IMG/VR virus record: IMGVR_UViG_3300021431_000002
Reading direction: 5' to 3' (one strand)
Source of the DNA: a virus
Taxonomy: Duplodnaviria; Heunggongvirae; Uroviricota; Caudoviricetes
Length of the DNA stretch: 29,590 nucleotides
How positions within the stretch are numbered: the first letter of the stretch is position 1; each line of letters starts with the position of its first letter. The notes under the pieces were generated by a model, which was not told the origin of the DNA, ran no database searches, and saw nothing but the letters and a program-made list of their open reading frames with translations. Made by a program: the position numbers and the translations under genes. Below are positions 7,549 through 15,787 of the stretch, in pieces.

Positions 7549-8460
7549 TCAAATACCCATTAACGAACCATTTTTCTCAAGAATATTACCGTTGTATACG
7601 TCAATGACGAAAGGACGCTGCTTGCGTTTAAACTCTGAGCGCACAGAACGCATTATAACTGCTTCTACGGTATCCTTACCATGCTTTTCGCAAAGTGCCT
7701 TAAATACGCCATGATTAAAATATTCTGCAATCACAGAAGACTTAATACGGTCATCAAGTCCAACCCATGCATGAAGGATTTCGTCAACATCGTCATATGT
7801 CTTTCCAGGAGCAATCTGTGCCAAATCTCCACCAGCTTTTACTCCGTTTCCATCCGTAGGGATAATCTCAATTGCTGCATCAAGTGCTTTAGATTCCTTA
7901 TAGATGTTCTCCTTCATCCACTTTGCAAGACCATATACCTCATGCTTCCATAAACATCCAATGGGATTGAAATCACCATCATCGCCATGAATGGTCCAGA
8001 ATCCAAGGAAATGTTCTGTAAGGTTATCCGTGTCAACGACAATACCGCCAACCTTTGATGCTATATCGTATAGCGTGACCATACGCAAACGTGCCTTAAT
8101 GTTACCTTGCGAAATTGGAGTACTATCCAAATCACTAGAATCCTTGCAAAAACTTTCAACTGCTTCAAACGTTGACTGGAGATTAACCTCCTTAAACTTT
8201 GTACAGAATTCATTTCCAGTTAAGGTTGCTGAACTGATTTCATCTGACCCATTTGTTGAGCAAGGCATACTAATCCCAATCAAAGGAATGTTCGATGACT
8301 TGCACAAAGCGGCAACGACTGTCGAATCGATTCCACCACTGATGCCAAGAACAAGCGTCTTGATATTATTCTTCTCACAATAAGACTTAATGCCATCAAC
8401 AAGAAGATTATACACGTTCTTGTAATCCAATGGCTCTGCTCTGTAACAACTAATTTTCAT
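7549..8460 (-). CDS. nadE: NH3-dependent NAD+ synthetase
   Basis: LGISGGIDS PP-loop, QGNIKARLRM, TDNLTE, GFWTIHGD and NPIGCLWKHEV motifs; no glutaminase domain. Confidence 0.92.
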   Translation of the reverse strand: MKISCYRAEPLDYKNVYNLLVDGIKSYCEKNNIKTLVLGISGGIDSTVVAALCKSSNIPLIGISMPCSTNGSDEISSATLTGNEFCTKFKEVNLQSTFEAVESFCKDSSDLDSTPISQGNIKARLRMVTLYDIASKVGGIVVDTDNLTEHFLGFWTIHGDDGDFNPIGCLWKHEVYGLAKWMKENIYKESKALDAAIEIIPTDGNGVKAGGDLAQIAPGKTYDDVDEILHAWVGLDDRIKSSVIAEYFNHGVFKALCEKHGKDTVEAVIMRSVRSEFKRKQRPFVIDVYNGNILEKNGSLMGI

Positions 8461-8463
8461 ATG

Positions 8464-8979
8464 TTATTCGTTTATTAATTTTTCTACTGTTTCTTTTTTC
8501 TTTTTTTCCAAATCATGCGCCATCACAGTTTTGCTGCATTTTTCGATAAAACTAGACAAACCGTTGTCACTACCATCACTGTTAATACCAACACAATATT
8601 TTAGATATTTATCACTTCTACCTTCATCATACCCAGACGACCCAAAACTGATAGTTAATTTAAGATTGCGTTTTTTATCTACGGTAATAAATGCTCTAAT
8701 AGCAATATATGAATGAGTTTTATGAGGAATATTAAGCATAAACTTATCATATGGTACAGTTGTAGCATATTCATCGCTTTCAATAAACTTCTTAAACCTA
8801 GATTCTAGTGTAGTCAGCCAATTCAAAACAATATGGTCTCTTACACATTGATTTACTAAGTAATTGTAATCCAAATTAACAGACTGTTTTATTTTATCTT
8901 CATCTGTTTGAAATTCATCATATGATTGTTTTAGTGCGTAGACTAATACTATGACGATTAACGCTATAAACAATTCCAT
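8464..8979 (-). CDS. Hypothetical protein with N-terminal transmembrane segment
   Basis: MELFIALIVIVLVYAL hydrophobic N-terminus. Confidence 0.75.
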   Translation of the reverse strand: MELFIALIVIVLVYALKQSYDEFQTDEDKIKQSVNLDYNYLVNQCVRDHIVLNWLTTLESRFKKFIESDEYATTVPYDKFMLNIPHKTHSYIAIRAFITVDKKRNLKLTISFGSSGYDEGRSDKYLKYCVGINSDGSDNGLSSFIEKCSKTVMAHDLEKKKKETVEKLINE

Positions 8980-8984
8980 AATAT

Positions 8985-9635
8985 CTACGATTTAATAATA
9001 GAATCAATATTTGCTTTCAGCTCATTATAATTAGGTGCAACATAGTCTGTATTTACTAAGTTCCATCCCAATAGTGCAGTATCATTATCTTTGTCGTATT
9101 CCACGAGCACATATACCTTGTTCTCGCCATTCTTAAAGGAATCTTTCATGTCCTTTGCATAATCAGTTTCTTTTGATGACAATGGTTCTCCGTTTTCGCC
9201 TTTTACCCCTAATGAATTCAGTAATTTCACGCAAGACTTTATTTCATTGCTTGAAGATAATACAAATTCAAATGAGACATTGTTTTCTCTTACATGATTC
9301 TGAAATATTTTAGCCTTACTCTTAAGAATATGAAACTGAATAGACACCTCGTGTGTTTCTTTATTCTCTGGCTTCGCATATCTCACAATGATGTCATCGG
9401 TATCAGCATAATGCTTCCCAGCGATAAGCATTGTGGCAGCAAATGCCCTATCTGTAGAGAATTCTTTAGAATCAAAAATTATTGGTTCTGTAGTAATCTC
9501 CACACCATCTATTTTGTTTAGAAAAATGTTGGCTGTCTCTTTTTCAGCAGCAATTTTTTCTTTTTCTAATTCCTCTTTAGTCTTACAATGTGTTCTAGCC
9601 CACTCTCTGAGCCAATCGTCTGTTAAGTATTTCAT
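8985..9635 (-). CDS. Hypothetical protein, 216 aa (start revised to MKYLTDDW)
   Basis: The ORF-track start (9677) lies inside the promoter; the first ATG after the -7 box is at 9635. Confidence 0.75.
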   Translation of the reverse strand: MKYLTDDWLREWARTHCKTKEELEKEKIAAEKETANIFLNKIDGVEITTEPIIFDSKEFSTDRAFAATMLIAGKHYADTDDIIVRYAKPENKETHEVSIQFHILKSKAKIFQNHVRENNVSFEFVLSSSNEIKSCVKLLNSLGVKGENGEPLSSKETDYAKDMKDSFKNGENKVYVLVEYDKDNDTALLGWNLVNTDYVAPNYNELKANIDSIIKS

Positions 9636-9646
9636 ATATTTTTTTG

Positions 9647-9678
9647 CAAATATACGAAAAAAAATTGAGATAGTCAAA
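9647..9678 (-). promoter_or_regulatory. -33/-7 promoter for the nadE unit
   Basis: TTTG (9678-9675), N20, TATATTTG (9654-9647). Confidence 0.8.
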
Positions 9679-9695
9679 TACTACCTCAATTTTTT
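9657..9695 (-). terminator. Intrinsic terminator after tyrS, overlapping the next promoter
   Basis: AAAAAATTGAG-GTAGT-ATTTG-ACTAT-CTCAATTTTTT: 16-bp stem (1 GU) ending in a T-run. Confidence 0.75.
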
Positions 9696-9709
9696 AACAC
9701 TATTTAATA

Positions 9710-10990
9710 TTACCCTACTACTACAAGACAGTGGTCTTTTTTACCCTTTGTTAATAGCAGATATTTACCATTGATAAGGTATTTACTAGAAACAACTTCC
9801 TTTTCGACATTCGCTTTAATCTTATTAATCGAAAAGCCATTTCCCTTAATAAGTTTACGAGCCTCTGACTTGGAAGGAACTTTCTCATGCATATTGGCAA
9901 GGTCAATGACGCTTATACCATCAGCAAACGTATCTTTAGATACTTCAACCGTTGGCACTTCTGACTTTATGAATTCCCAAGCATTATCGTCAATATCGTT
10001 AATGTCAGCACCGCCAAATAAGAATTCAGTTGCTTGCTCAACACCATTAAGGGCATTCTTTCCATGAATCATTTCTGTCATATACTCAGCCAATGTTTTC
10101 TGCAAAAGACGTTTGCTTGGATTTTCACGGTGCTCCTCAATCATTTTATTGATTTCATCAAGAGGAATTAACGTAAATTTTTTGATAAAAGATTCAGCAT
10201 CTATATCTGTAGTGTTAATCCAATATTGGTAAAAACGATATACAGATGTTTTATTAGGGTCAAGAAACACGGCATTACCCTCAGTCTTGCCAAACTTTCT
10301 ACCATCTGCACAAGTAATTAAATCCCAAGTAAGACCGCAAACATCATCTTTACCAAGCATCTTATGAACTAGGTCTTGCCCAGTTACCATATTACCTAGA
10401 TTATCAGTGCCAGCAATTTGAAGTCTGCATCCATATTCTTTGTAAAGGTGGACAAAATCATAACCTTGTAGTAACCCATAGGAGAACTCTTGGAATGATA
10501 TTCCTGAACCTTCTCGTTCAAGCCTCTTCCTCACATTTTCTTTTGCCATAAGGTAATTAACCGTTATTTTTTTGCCAACATCACGAATGAAATCAAGAAA
10601 CTTATAATCCTTGTACCAATCCCAATTGTTAACCATTATTGCCGAATTTGATTCACTTGAATCAAAGTCAATAATTCTAGAAATCTGTTTTTTAACGCAC
10701 TCAACATTATGAAAAACTGTATCCATCGAGATTGCTTTACGTTCCTCACTCTTACCGCTAGGGTCTCCTATTGCACAAGTTGCGCCACCAACAAGTATGA
10801 TTGGTTTATGCCCATACTGCTGCATTATCTTAGCAACAATAAGACCAACCATATGGTGTACACCCAATGAGTCAGAAGTAGGGTCAAGACCTAAATAAAA
10901 AGTTGTTGGCTTACTAAAACACTCTTCAAGATTACCAAAGGTCTGCGAAATTAAACCTCTTTCTTTAAGTTCTTTGATTAATGGATTCAT
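9710..10990 (-). CDS. tyrS: Tyrosyl-tRNA synthetase (divergent HIGH motif)
   Basis: YLGLDPTSDSL, LVGGAT..IGDPSGK, EFSYGLLQGYDF, KFGKT, YQYWIN and a C-terminal S4-like domain (SKSEARKLI..NG...N). Confidence 0.93.
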   Translation of the reverse strand: MNPLIKELKERGLISQTFGNLEECFSKPTTFYLGLDPTSDSLGVHHMVGLIVAKIMQQYGHKPIILVGGATCAIGDPSGKSEERKAISMDTVFHNVECVKKQISRIIDFDSSESNSAIMVNNWDWYKDYKFLDFIRDVGKKITVNYLMAKENVRKRLEREGSGISFQEFSYGLLQGYDFVHLYKEYGCRLQIAGTDNLGNMVTGQDLVHKMLGKDDVCGLTWDLITCADGRKFGKTEGNAVFLDPNKTSVYRFYQYWINTTDIDAESFIKKFTLIPLDEINKMIEEHRENPSKRLLQKTLAEYMTEMIHGKNALNGVEQATEFLFGGADINDIDDNAWEFIKSEVPTVEVSKDTFADGISVIDLANMHEKVPSKSEARKLIKGNGFSINKIKANVEKEVVSSKYLINGKYLLLTKGKKDHCLVVVG

Positions 10991-11958
10991 TTTTTATTTT
11001 TTAATATTTCGTTTAACAATAAATTTTTATCTTCGAAAACATTATATGGATAATCAATTCCCAAATTACTATAATATAAAAGTTTAATATTATGCTTTTG
11101 ACATAGTTCTCTTTTTGCTAAATCGCATTTTACTGTATAATTATATTTTTCTTTTGCATCTTCCAAACTAACACCGCCAAATCTAACAACGCCAAAATGC
11201 TGTATTCCTTGGCACTCTATTGCAATGTTATAATCTGGAAGATAAAAATCTAAAGATTTCATTCCTAGCCACTCAAAATCTTTTTTATTCGCTTCAAATT
11301 TTGATTTTATTCCATTTTTATCTAGCAATATTTGTATTTCATTTTCTAAAACACTCTGTCCGCATTTTGGGCATCCATGTCCTTTAAAAAGCATATAAGG
11401 TGTTTGCCAAAACTCTCCGTGAACAGGACACATTAACTTTATCCTTTCATCGACATTTTTATAGTCAATATGTGACAAATCATATTTTCCATTAAATTTT
11501 TTGTCAATGATTTCTTTCACTTTTTTTAAAGGGAGTTTTAATTTTTCTTTTCTTTTTTCAATCGCGCATATTGGGCATCCTCTTCCCTTTTTGTGATTTG
11601 TTGGAGAAACTTCAAAAATATTTTTACACTTTTTACAAATAACAAGTATTTTTTTATTCATACTTTCATATTCAACTAAAGAGTAGTCATATTTATCTCC
11701 ATGCACTTTTTTAAAAGTGGATAAAATATCTTCTTTCTTATTTAACCTACATTTAGGACACCCTTTGCCAAACTTATGCTGACTTGGTAATTGCCAAAAT
11801 ATGCCATGTTCTTCTCCACAATCTTTTTCATGGCATATTATAGGAACTTTACCATCATTTCTTCTGTTTTCTAAATCAACCAATGAATAATCATATTTGT
11901 TATGATGTTTGTTGGCACAATCTTTTTCCCATTTTGTTTGATTAATTTTGTTACTCAT
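10987..11958 (-). CDS. Free-standing homing-endonuclease-like protein (Zn-ribbon repeats + Vsr/DUF559-type nuclease domain)
   Basis: Three YDYS..Y...K..IIC..H/C...GCPxC repeats; C-terminal LDFYLPDYNIAIECQGIQH. Confidence 0.8.
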   Translation of the reverse strand: MSNKINQTKWEKDCANKHHNKYDYSLVDLENRRNDGKVPIICHEKDCGEEHGIFWQLPSQHKFGKGCPKCRLNKKEDILSTFKKVHGDKYDYSLVEYESMNKKILVICKKCKNIFEVSPTNHKKGRGCPICAIEKRKEKLKLPLKKVKEIIDKKFNGKYDLSHIDYKNVDERIKLMCPVHGEFWQTPYMLFKGHGCPKCGQSVLENEIQILLDKNGIKSKFEANKKDFEWLGMKSLDFYLPDYNIAIECQGIQHFGVVRFGGVSLEDAKEKYNYTVKCDLAKRELCQKHNIKLLYYSNLGIDYPYNVFEDKNLLLNEILKNKK

Positions 11959-12004
11959 AGTTCAATTATTACCATCTTATTCATTATATAAATATTAGTA
12001 ATAA

Positions 12005-12166
12005 TCAGAAAGACTCTACATAAACCATTAATCTTTTTTTCCTCATAATGGTTTCAGAAATTGCAGCCATTTGTGTGCTGCTAATTCCATATTTTTTAGA
12101 AGGGGTTGTTGTTTTCCCTCTTTTCCTTTTCCTACTTGATTTACTTTTCTTGAAAAAAAAGAACAT
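12005..12166 (-). CDS. Small basic protein, 53 aa (not in ORF track)
   Basis: MFFFFKKSKSSRKRKRGKTTTPSKKYGISSTQMAAISETIMRKKRLMVYVESF*; first ATG after the promoter at 12195. Confidence 0.5.
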   Translation of the reverse strand: MFFFFKKSKSSRKRKRGKTTTPSKKYGISSTQMAAISETIMRKKRLMVYVESF

Positions 12167-12194
12167 AGTTTATACAAATATTATTTCGTTTTTG

Positions 12195-12225
12195 CAAATA
12201 TATGAAAAATATGCCACTTAACAAA
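12195..12225 (-). promoter_or_regulatory. -33/-7 promoter for the endonuclease-tyrS unit
   Basis: TTTG (12225-12222), N19, TATATTTG (12202-12195). Confidence 0.75.
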
Positions 12226-12245
12226 ATATATTAACACGTTTTAAC

Positions 12246-12280
12246 AAAAAATGAGCACCAATTCACATTGATGCTCATTT
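12246..12280 (-). terminator. Intrinsic terminator after the DUF2828 gene
   Basis: AAATGAGCATCAAT-GTGA-ATTGGTGCTCATTT 14-bp stem with GNRA loop, then a U-run. Confidence 0.85.
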
Positions 12281-12297
12281 AAGATTATATGTTATTC

Positions 12298-13974
12298 TTA
12301 GAGATTAACATATGTAAGAATCTCTTGGTTAAGAGCCTTCGCAACCAACTCTTCCGCAGTCATTTGTCGTACCTCACCAGTTTTCTCGTCAACAACTTTA
12401 GTCTCTCCCATCAACATAGTAATGATTGAAGGGTCAAAACCACTAAGGAAAGTACACCCAGGCTCGATACTTTTACCCTCATAATGGGTGTTACCATGTC
12501 TAGAAGCGCAATCCCACCAAATGAACTTCATGTTGTCCACGAACTCTTCAGGGAATACAGTCTTCAACGACTTCACAGAATACTCATAGTTAGTTGGCTC
12601 TGAACGTTTTGAGCTCCAACCATAATTAACTGGATTGAACTGCATATCGCTCACAACCAAGATAGTTGTAGGATACTGCTCAAGAGGGATTTCTGGATGC
12701 TTCTTCCTAATGTCGATAATCACATCAACTGCTGATTGGAAGTTTGTGCCACCACAACCTACACTAGGTAAGTTCATGATGCGGTCACAGAATGAATCAC
12801 CAACCATATCGTATGGAGTAGAAACATTATCGAACATAATGACCTTATTGTGGAAAGGACCAGTGTTCAAGTCAGAGAAAAACAAAGCAAGCGAACTTGC
12901 AATATCCTCGCAAGTGATGTCATTAAGACCATCCACTCGTTTATTCATTGAACCGCTAGTATCCAAACAGCACCATACGTTCTCAGTAATCTTGCCATCA
13001 GCACGAGCCTTATCAACAAGACCCTTAAACTGTGCGTCAAGAGTATGCTTTACCTCAACTGGTATGGTCTTTGGTGCGCTGTAATAGCCTCTGCTGCCAC
13101 GAGCCTCACGAAGCTTACGTGCAAGCTCGAAAACGTAACCAGTGAACTTAGCAACTGGCTGCTGCATAATCCACTTTGTATAAGTGTCTCTCAAATTGTG
13201 ATTAGAAAGGAACTTGCTAGTCACAAGAAGGTTAAGGGCACGACCTGGAATATGATTCCAATTCAAAGCATCATAGTTACGAGAACAAATGAGCTTTTGG
13301 AATGTATGCGCATTACCACTACTCTTTGTCTTGTTGTACTCCTTGTAAGAAATACCCATGAAAGATGCAAATGCCTTTGCAAGGTCATTCGTTATCTTGT
13401 TCCAATCAGTCGTACACTTGCTACGGCTCTCAATACGAGGCATATACTTCTTAACAAGGTCAACGTGAGTGTCGCAAAGCAAACCTTGTGCGATAATCTC
13501 GAACATTGCCTTTTGATTGATGACATTCAAATCCTCTTTGATGTCATAGAACATAAGAGTCCACATGTCCTTCCATGAACCGACAAGTGGCAATGCCCAA
13601 ATGTTGTTATAGAAAGCCTCTGGCTTCTCTTTTGCAATCCAAAGCAAACGCTTGAACGACTCATCACGAGCACCTTGTCCATTCTGAACCTTATCGGTTT
13701 CATTGTCAGCGTTCACCTTGACCTTACGTGTTACCATACGGAGGTAAAATGGAAAACGCAAAGCAGCCTCTGCATTCTCCTCCCAAATACGAGATTGGTC
13801 AGCAAAGACCTCCTCAATTGGACGGCCTCTGAAATTACCAGCCTTACCAAACTGGTCAACAATTGCGCTGCCAGTCGTAACATTTGTTACTGCACCATTC
13901 TCTGTCAAAGTTGTAGACCTAAAGTTTGCTGCATTAATAAATGCGTTTGTCTTTGTTGCTGTCTTTGTATTCAT
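12298..13974 (-). CDS. DUF2828-family protein (TROVE/Ro-like helical domain + vWA), 558 aa; start revised to MNTKTAT
   Basis: N-terminal TLTENGA motif, D.FGK, GQGAR, WKD, KYMPR, W..IPGRA; C-terminal vWA with MIDAS LDTSGSM, GGTNF and VVSDMQF. The ORF-track start (14130) runs through the promoter. Confidence 0.8.
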   Translation of the reverse strand: MNTKTATKTNAFINAANFRSTTLTENGAVTNVTTGSAIVDQFGKAGNFRGRPIEEVFADQSRIWEENAEAALRFPFYLRMVTRKVKVNADNETDKVQNGQGARDESFKRLLWIAKEKPEAFYNNIWALPLVGSWKDMWTLMFYDIKEDLNVINQKAMFEIIAQGLLCDTHVDLVKKYMPRIESRSKCTTDWNKITNDLAKAFASFMGISYKEYNKTKSSGNAHTFQKLICSRNYDALNWNHIPGRALNLLVTSKFLSNHNLRDTYTKWIMQQPVAKFTGYVFELARKLREARGSRGYYSAPKTIPVEVKHTLDAQFKGLVDKARADGKITENVWCCLDTSGSMNKRVDGLNDITCEDIASSLALFFSDLNTGPFHNKVIMFDNVSTPYDMVGDSFCDRIMNLPSVGCGGTNFQSAVDVIIDIRKKHPEIPLEQYPTTILVVSDMQFNPVNYGWSSKRSEPTNYEYSVKSLKTVFPEEFVDNMKFIWWDCASRHGNTHYEGKSIEPGCTFLSGFDPSIITMLMGETKVVDEKTGEVRQMTAEELVAKALNQEILTYVNL

Positions 13975-14006
13975 ATGCTTATTTTTGTTGTTTTCAAATC
14001 GTAATG

Positions 14007-14038
14007 CAAAGATATGAAAAAAAATTGGAATAACCAAA
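14007..14038 (-). promoter_or_regulatory. -33/-7 promoter of the DUF2828 gene (identical to the ncRNA promoter)
   Basis: TTTG (14038-14035), N20, TATCTTTG (14014-14007); 14005-14039 equals 858-892 at 35/35 nt. Confidence 0.85.
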
Positions 14039-14103
14039 TGTTTTAACACTTTTTTTGCAATAAAATGATATTTATGGTATATAACGTTATAAATAAAATT
14101 AAT

Positions 14104-14583
14104 ATGAATAGAATAGATAATATTATCCAAAAAACAATTAGTGAGTGCGTTAACAGAGAGATACTTTCAGAAAGTGTACTTGATGACATTAAAAACTTGC
14201 TAAAAGCATATAAAGGAAAATCAAACCTATCTAGTGAGGATTTGAGAAAAGAACGTCAGTTAAAAAAGAAAGCTGAAAAAGAGAAAAAAGGAACAAAGAA
14301 ACTTCGTAGAACAAAAAACGGTGGTAAAATGTATTACGACTATAACGACTACGAAAGAAAACATAGAAAAATTAGTAAAGGTGATTCAGATAGCATTAAA
14401 AATACAGTAGACATGGAAAACACCGATATTGCTGCTGTGGCAAGAAGTGTATTTCCAGACCATACAGAAGAGGGTGCTCAATCTCAACTTCGTAAAATTC
14501 TTACTGGAGAACGCCCAATGACAAAAGATGTCGCATCCAAATTAGAGAAAATGATTTCAAGAGGGCAAATTGCTGTTAAATAA
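14104..14583 (+). CDS. Basic protein with C-terminal XRE-like helix-turn-helix; only credible plus-strand gene
   Basis: IAAVARSVF..TEEGAQSQLRKILTGERPMTKDVASKL resembles an XRE HTH. Start taken at ATG 14104; own terminator follows the stop. Confidence 0.7.
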   Translation: MNRIDNIIQKTISECVNREILSESVLDDIKNLLKAYKGKSNLSSEDLRKERQLKKKAEKEKKGTKKLRRTKNGGKMYYDYNDYERKHRKISKGDSDSIKNTVDMENTDIAAVARSVFPDHTEEGAQSQLRKILTGERPMTKDVASKLEKMISRGQIAVK

Positions 14584-14619
14584 AAAGGGAGGTGAATAAA
14601 CACTTCCCTTTATTTTTTT
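14584..14619. terminator. Probably bidirectional terminator between convergent genes
   Basis: AAAGGGAGGTG-AATAAA-CACTTCCCTTT with A/T runs on both sides. Confidence 0.75.
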
Positions 14620-14767
14620 AAAAATCATTACTAATTGTTATCCCCCAAAATAGCCATCCAACATTAATTGCAAGCACTAAATTGGATATTTTTGTTATCG
14701 AAAAGTATGGAATTATGTTAAATGTCCATTCTTTATTCTTCCACCTTGGTTTGCTTACTTGTATCAT
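14618..14767 (-). CDS. Small hydrophobic protein, 49 aa (not in ORF track)
   Basis: MIQVSKPRWKNKEWTFNIIPYFSITKISNLVLAINVGWLFWGITISNDF*; fills the gap between the sigma gene and the terminator. Confidence 0.6.
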   Translation of the reverse strand: MIQVSKPRWKNKEWTFNIIPYFSITKISNLVLAINVGWLFWGITISNDF

Positions 14768-14805
14768 TTTTTAATTAATGGTTAAATGCGCTTCTCTTTA
14801 TTTTT

Positions 14806-15759
14806 TTAAAAATCTTTAATTCTATTTTGGTATTCTTCTTTAAGAGTTTTCATTGCTTTTAGCTCTAATTGTCTAACTCTTTCAGACGTAAGACCTATAA
14901 CATCCCCAATCTCATTGAGTTCATACTCACGTCTAAGCCCATTATCATCATACAAACCAAACCTCATCTGTATAATTTGTTTTTCCCTTGGTGGCAAAAC
15001 ATCCAATAGTGACGAAATTAAAGCTGAATTGAAATCGTTAGAAATAACATTTTCGCAACCATTAATTGCAGCACTTTTTTTATTATATGCTACTACATCA
15101 CCACCAGTGTAATTATCTTCATCATCAGATGAATCCGTATCAATGCTTGAATAATTTATGTCTAGCAAATCATTTTTATCCCTAATATCTTTTCCATATA
15201 CGTTATTGACGATTTCTAGCAACTCATCAGTAGTGGGTTCACGCTCAAACTTTTGCATAAACTTGTTTTTTGCTTTAGAGATAACGTGAAATGTTTTATA
15301 CAGATTGCTTTTTTTAACCAACTCAGCATCACCATATCTATAGACATTAATGGCACGGATAATGTACCACATTGCATAACTTGCAAACTTCACCCCTTTA
15401 GTTACATCATACTTATCAATTGCTTCAATAAGCCCAAAATTAACTTCGTTGATATAATCTGTAAGCGTATCAGTGGTAGAGTAATTCTTAGCTGCTGCAA
15501 TTACTAACCTTTGGTTACACAAAATGATGTGATTTTTAATGGAATCATAGTCACGACAAGCTTTAGAATATTCTTGTTTATTACTAGACTTCTCTAGTCT
15601 TAACTTTTTCTCCCTTGCTTCTTTTAATTTAGTAAACCATTCAATTTCCTCTTCTTTCGTGAAAGCTTTATAATCTTTTATGTCTTTGTAATACCTTGTA
15701 GTGTTTTCTGAGCGGTCTACAAGACCTGTTTCTGCTTTTAGATTTATAACAAATCCCAT
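14806..15759 (-). CDS. Sigma-70 family factor, RpoD-like, lacking region 1.1
   Basis: Region 1.2 RYYKDI; region 2 NQRLVIAAAK..INEVNFGLIEAIDKYDVTKGVKFASYAMWYI; region 3 FEREPTTDEL; region 4 LPPREKQIIQMRFG..ELNEIG..IGLTSERVRQL. Confidence 0.92.
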   Translation of the reverse strand: MGFVINLKAETGLVDRSENTTRYYKDIKDYKAFTKEEEIEWFTKLKEAREKKLRLEKSSNKQEYSKACRDYDSIKNHIILCNQRLVIAAAKNYSTTDTLTDYINEVNFGLIEAIDKYDVTKGVKFASYAMWYIIRAINVYRYGDAELVKKSNLYKTFHVISKAKNKFMQKFEREPTTDELLEIVNNVYGKDIRDKNDLLDINYSSIDTDSSDDEDNYTGGDVVAYNKKSAAINGCENVISNDFNSALISSLLDVLPPREKQIIQMRFGLYDDNGLRREYELNEIGDVIGLTSERVRQLELKAMKTLKEEYQNRIKDF

Positions 15760-15787
15760 TTATTTTAGTGTTTTATTATTTAACAAT

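Noticed and set aside
13975-14130. N-terminal extensions given by the ORF track (14130, and also 9677 and 16652)
   Set aside because: They translate promoter sequence (..HIFA/RIFA/RTFA..); downstream starts fit better.
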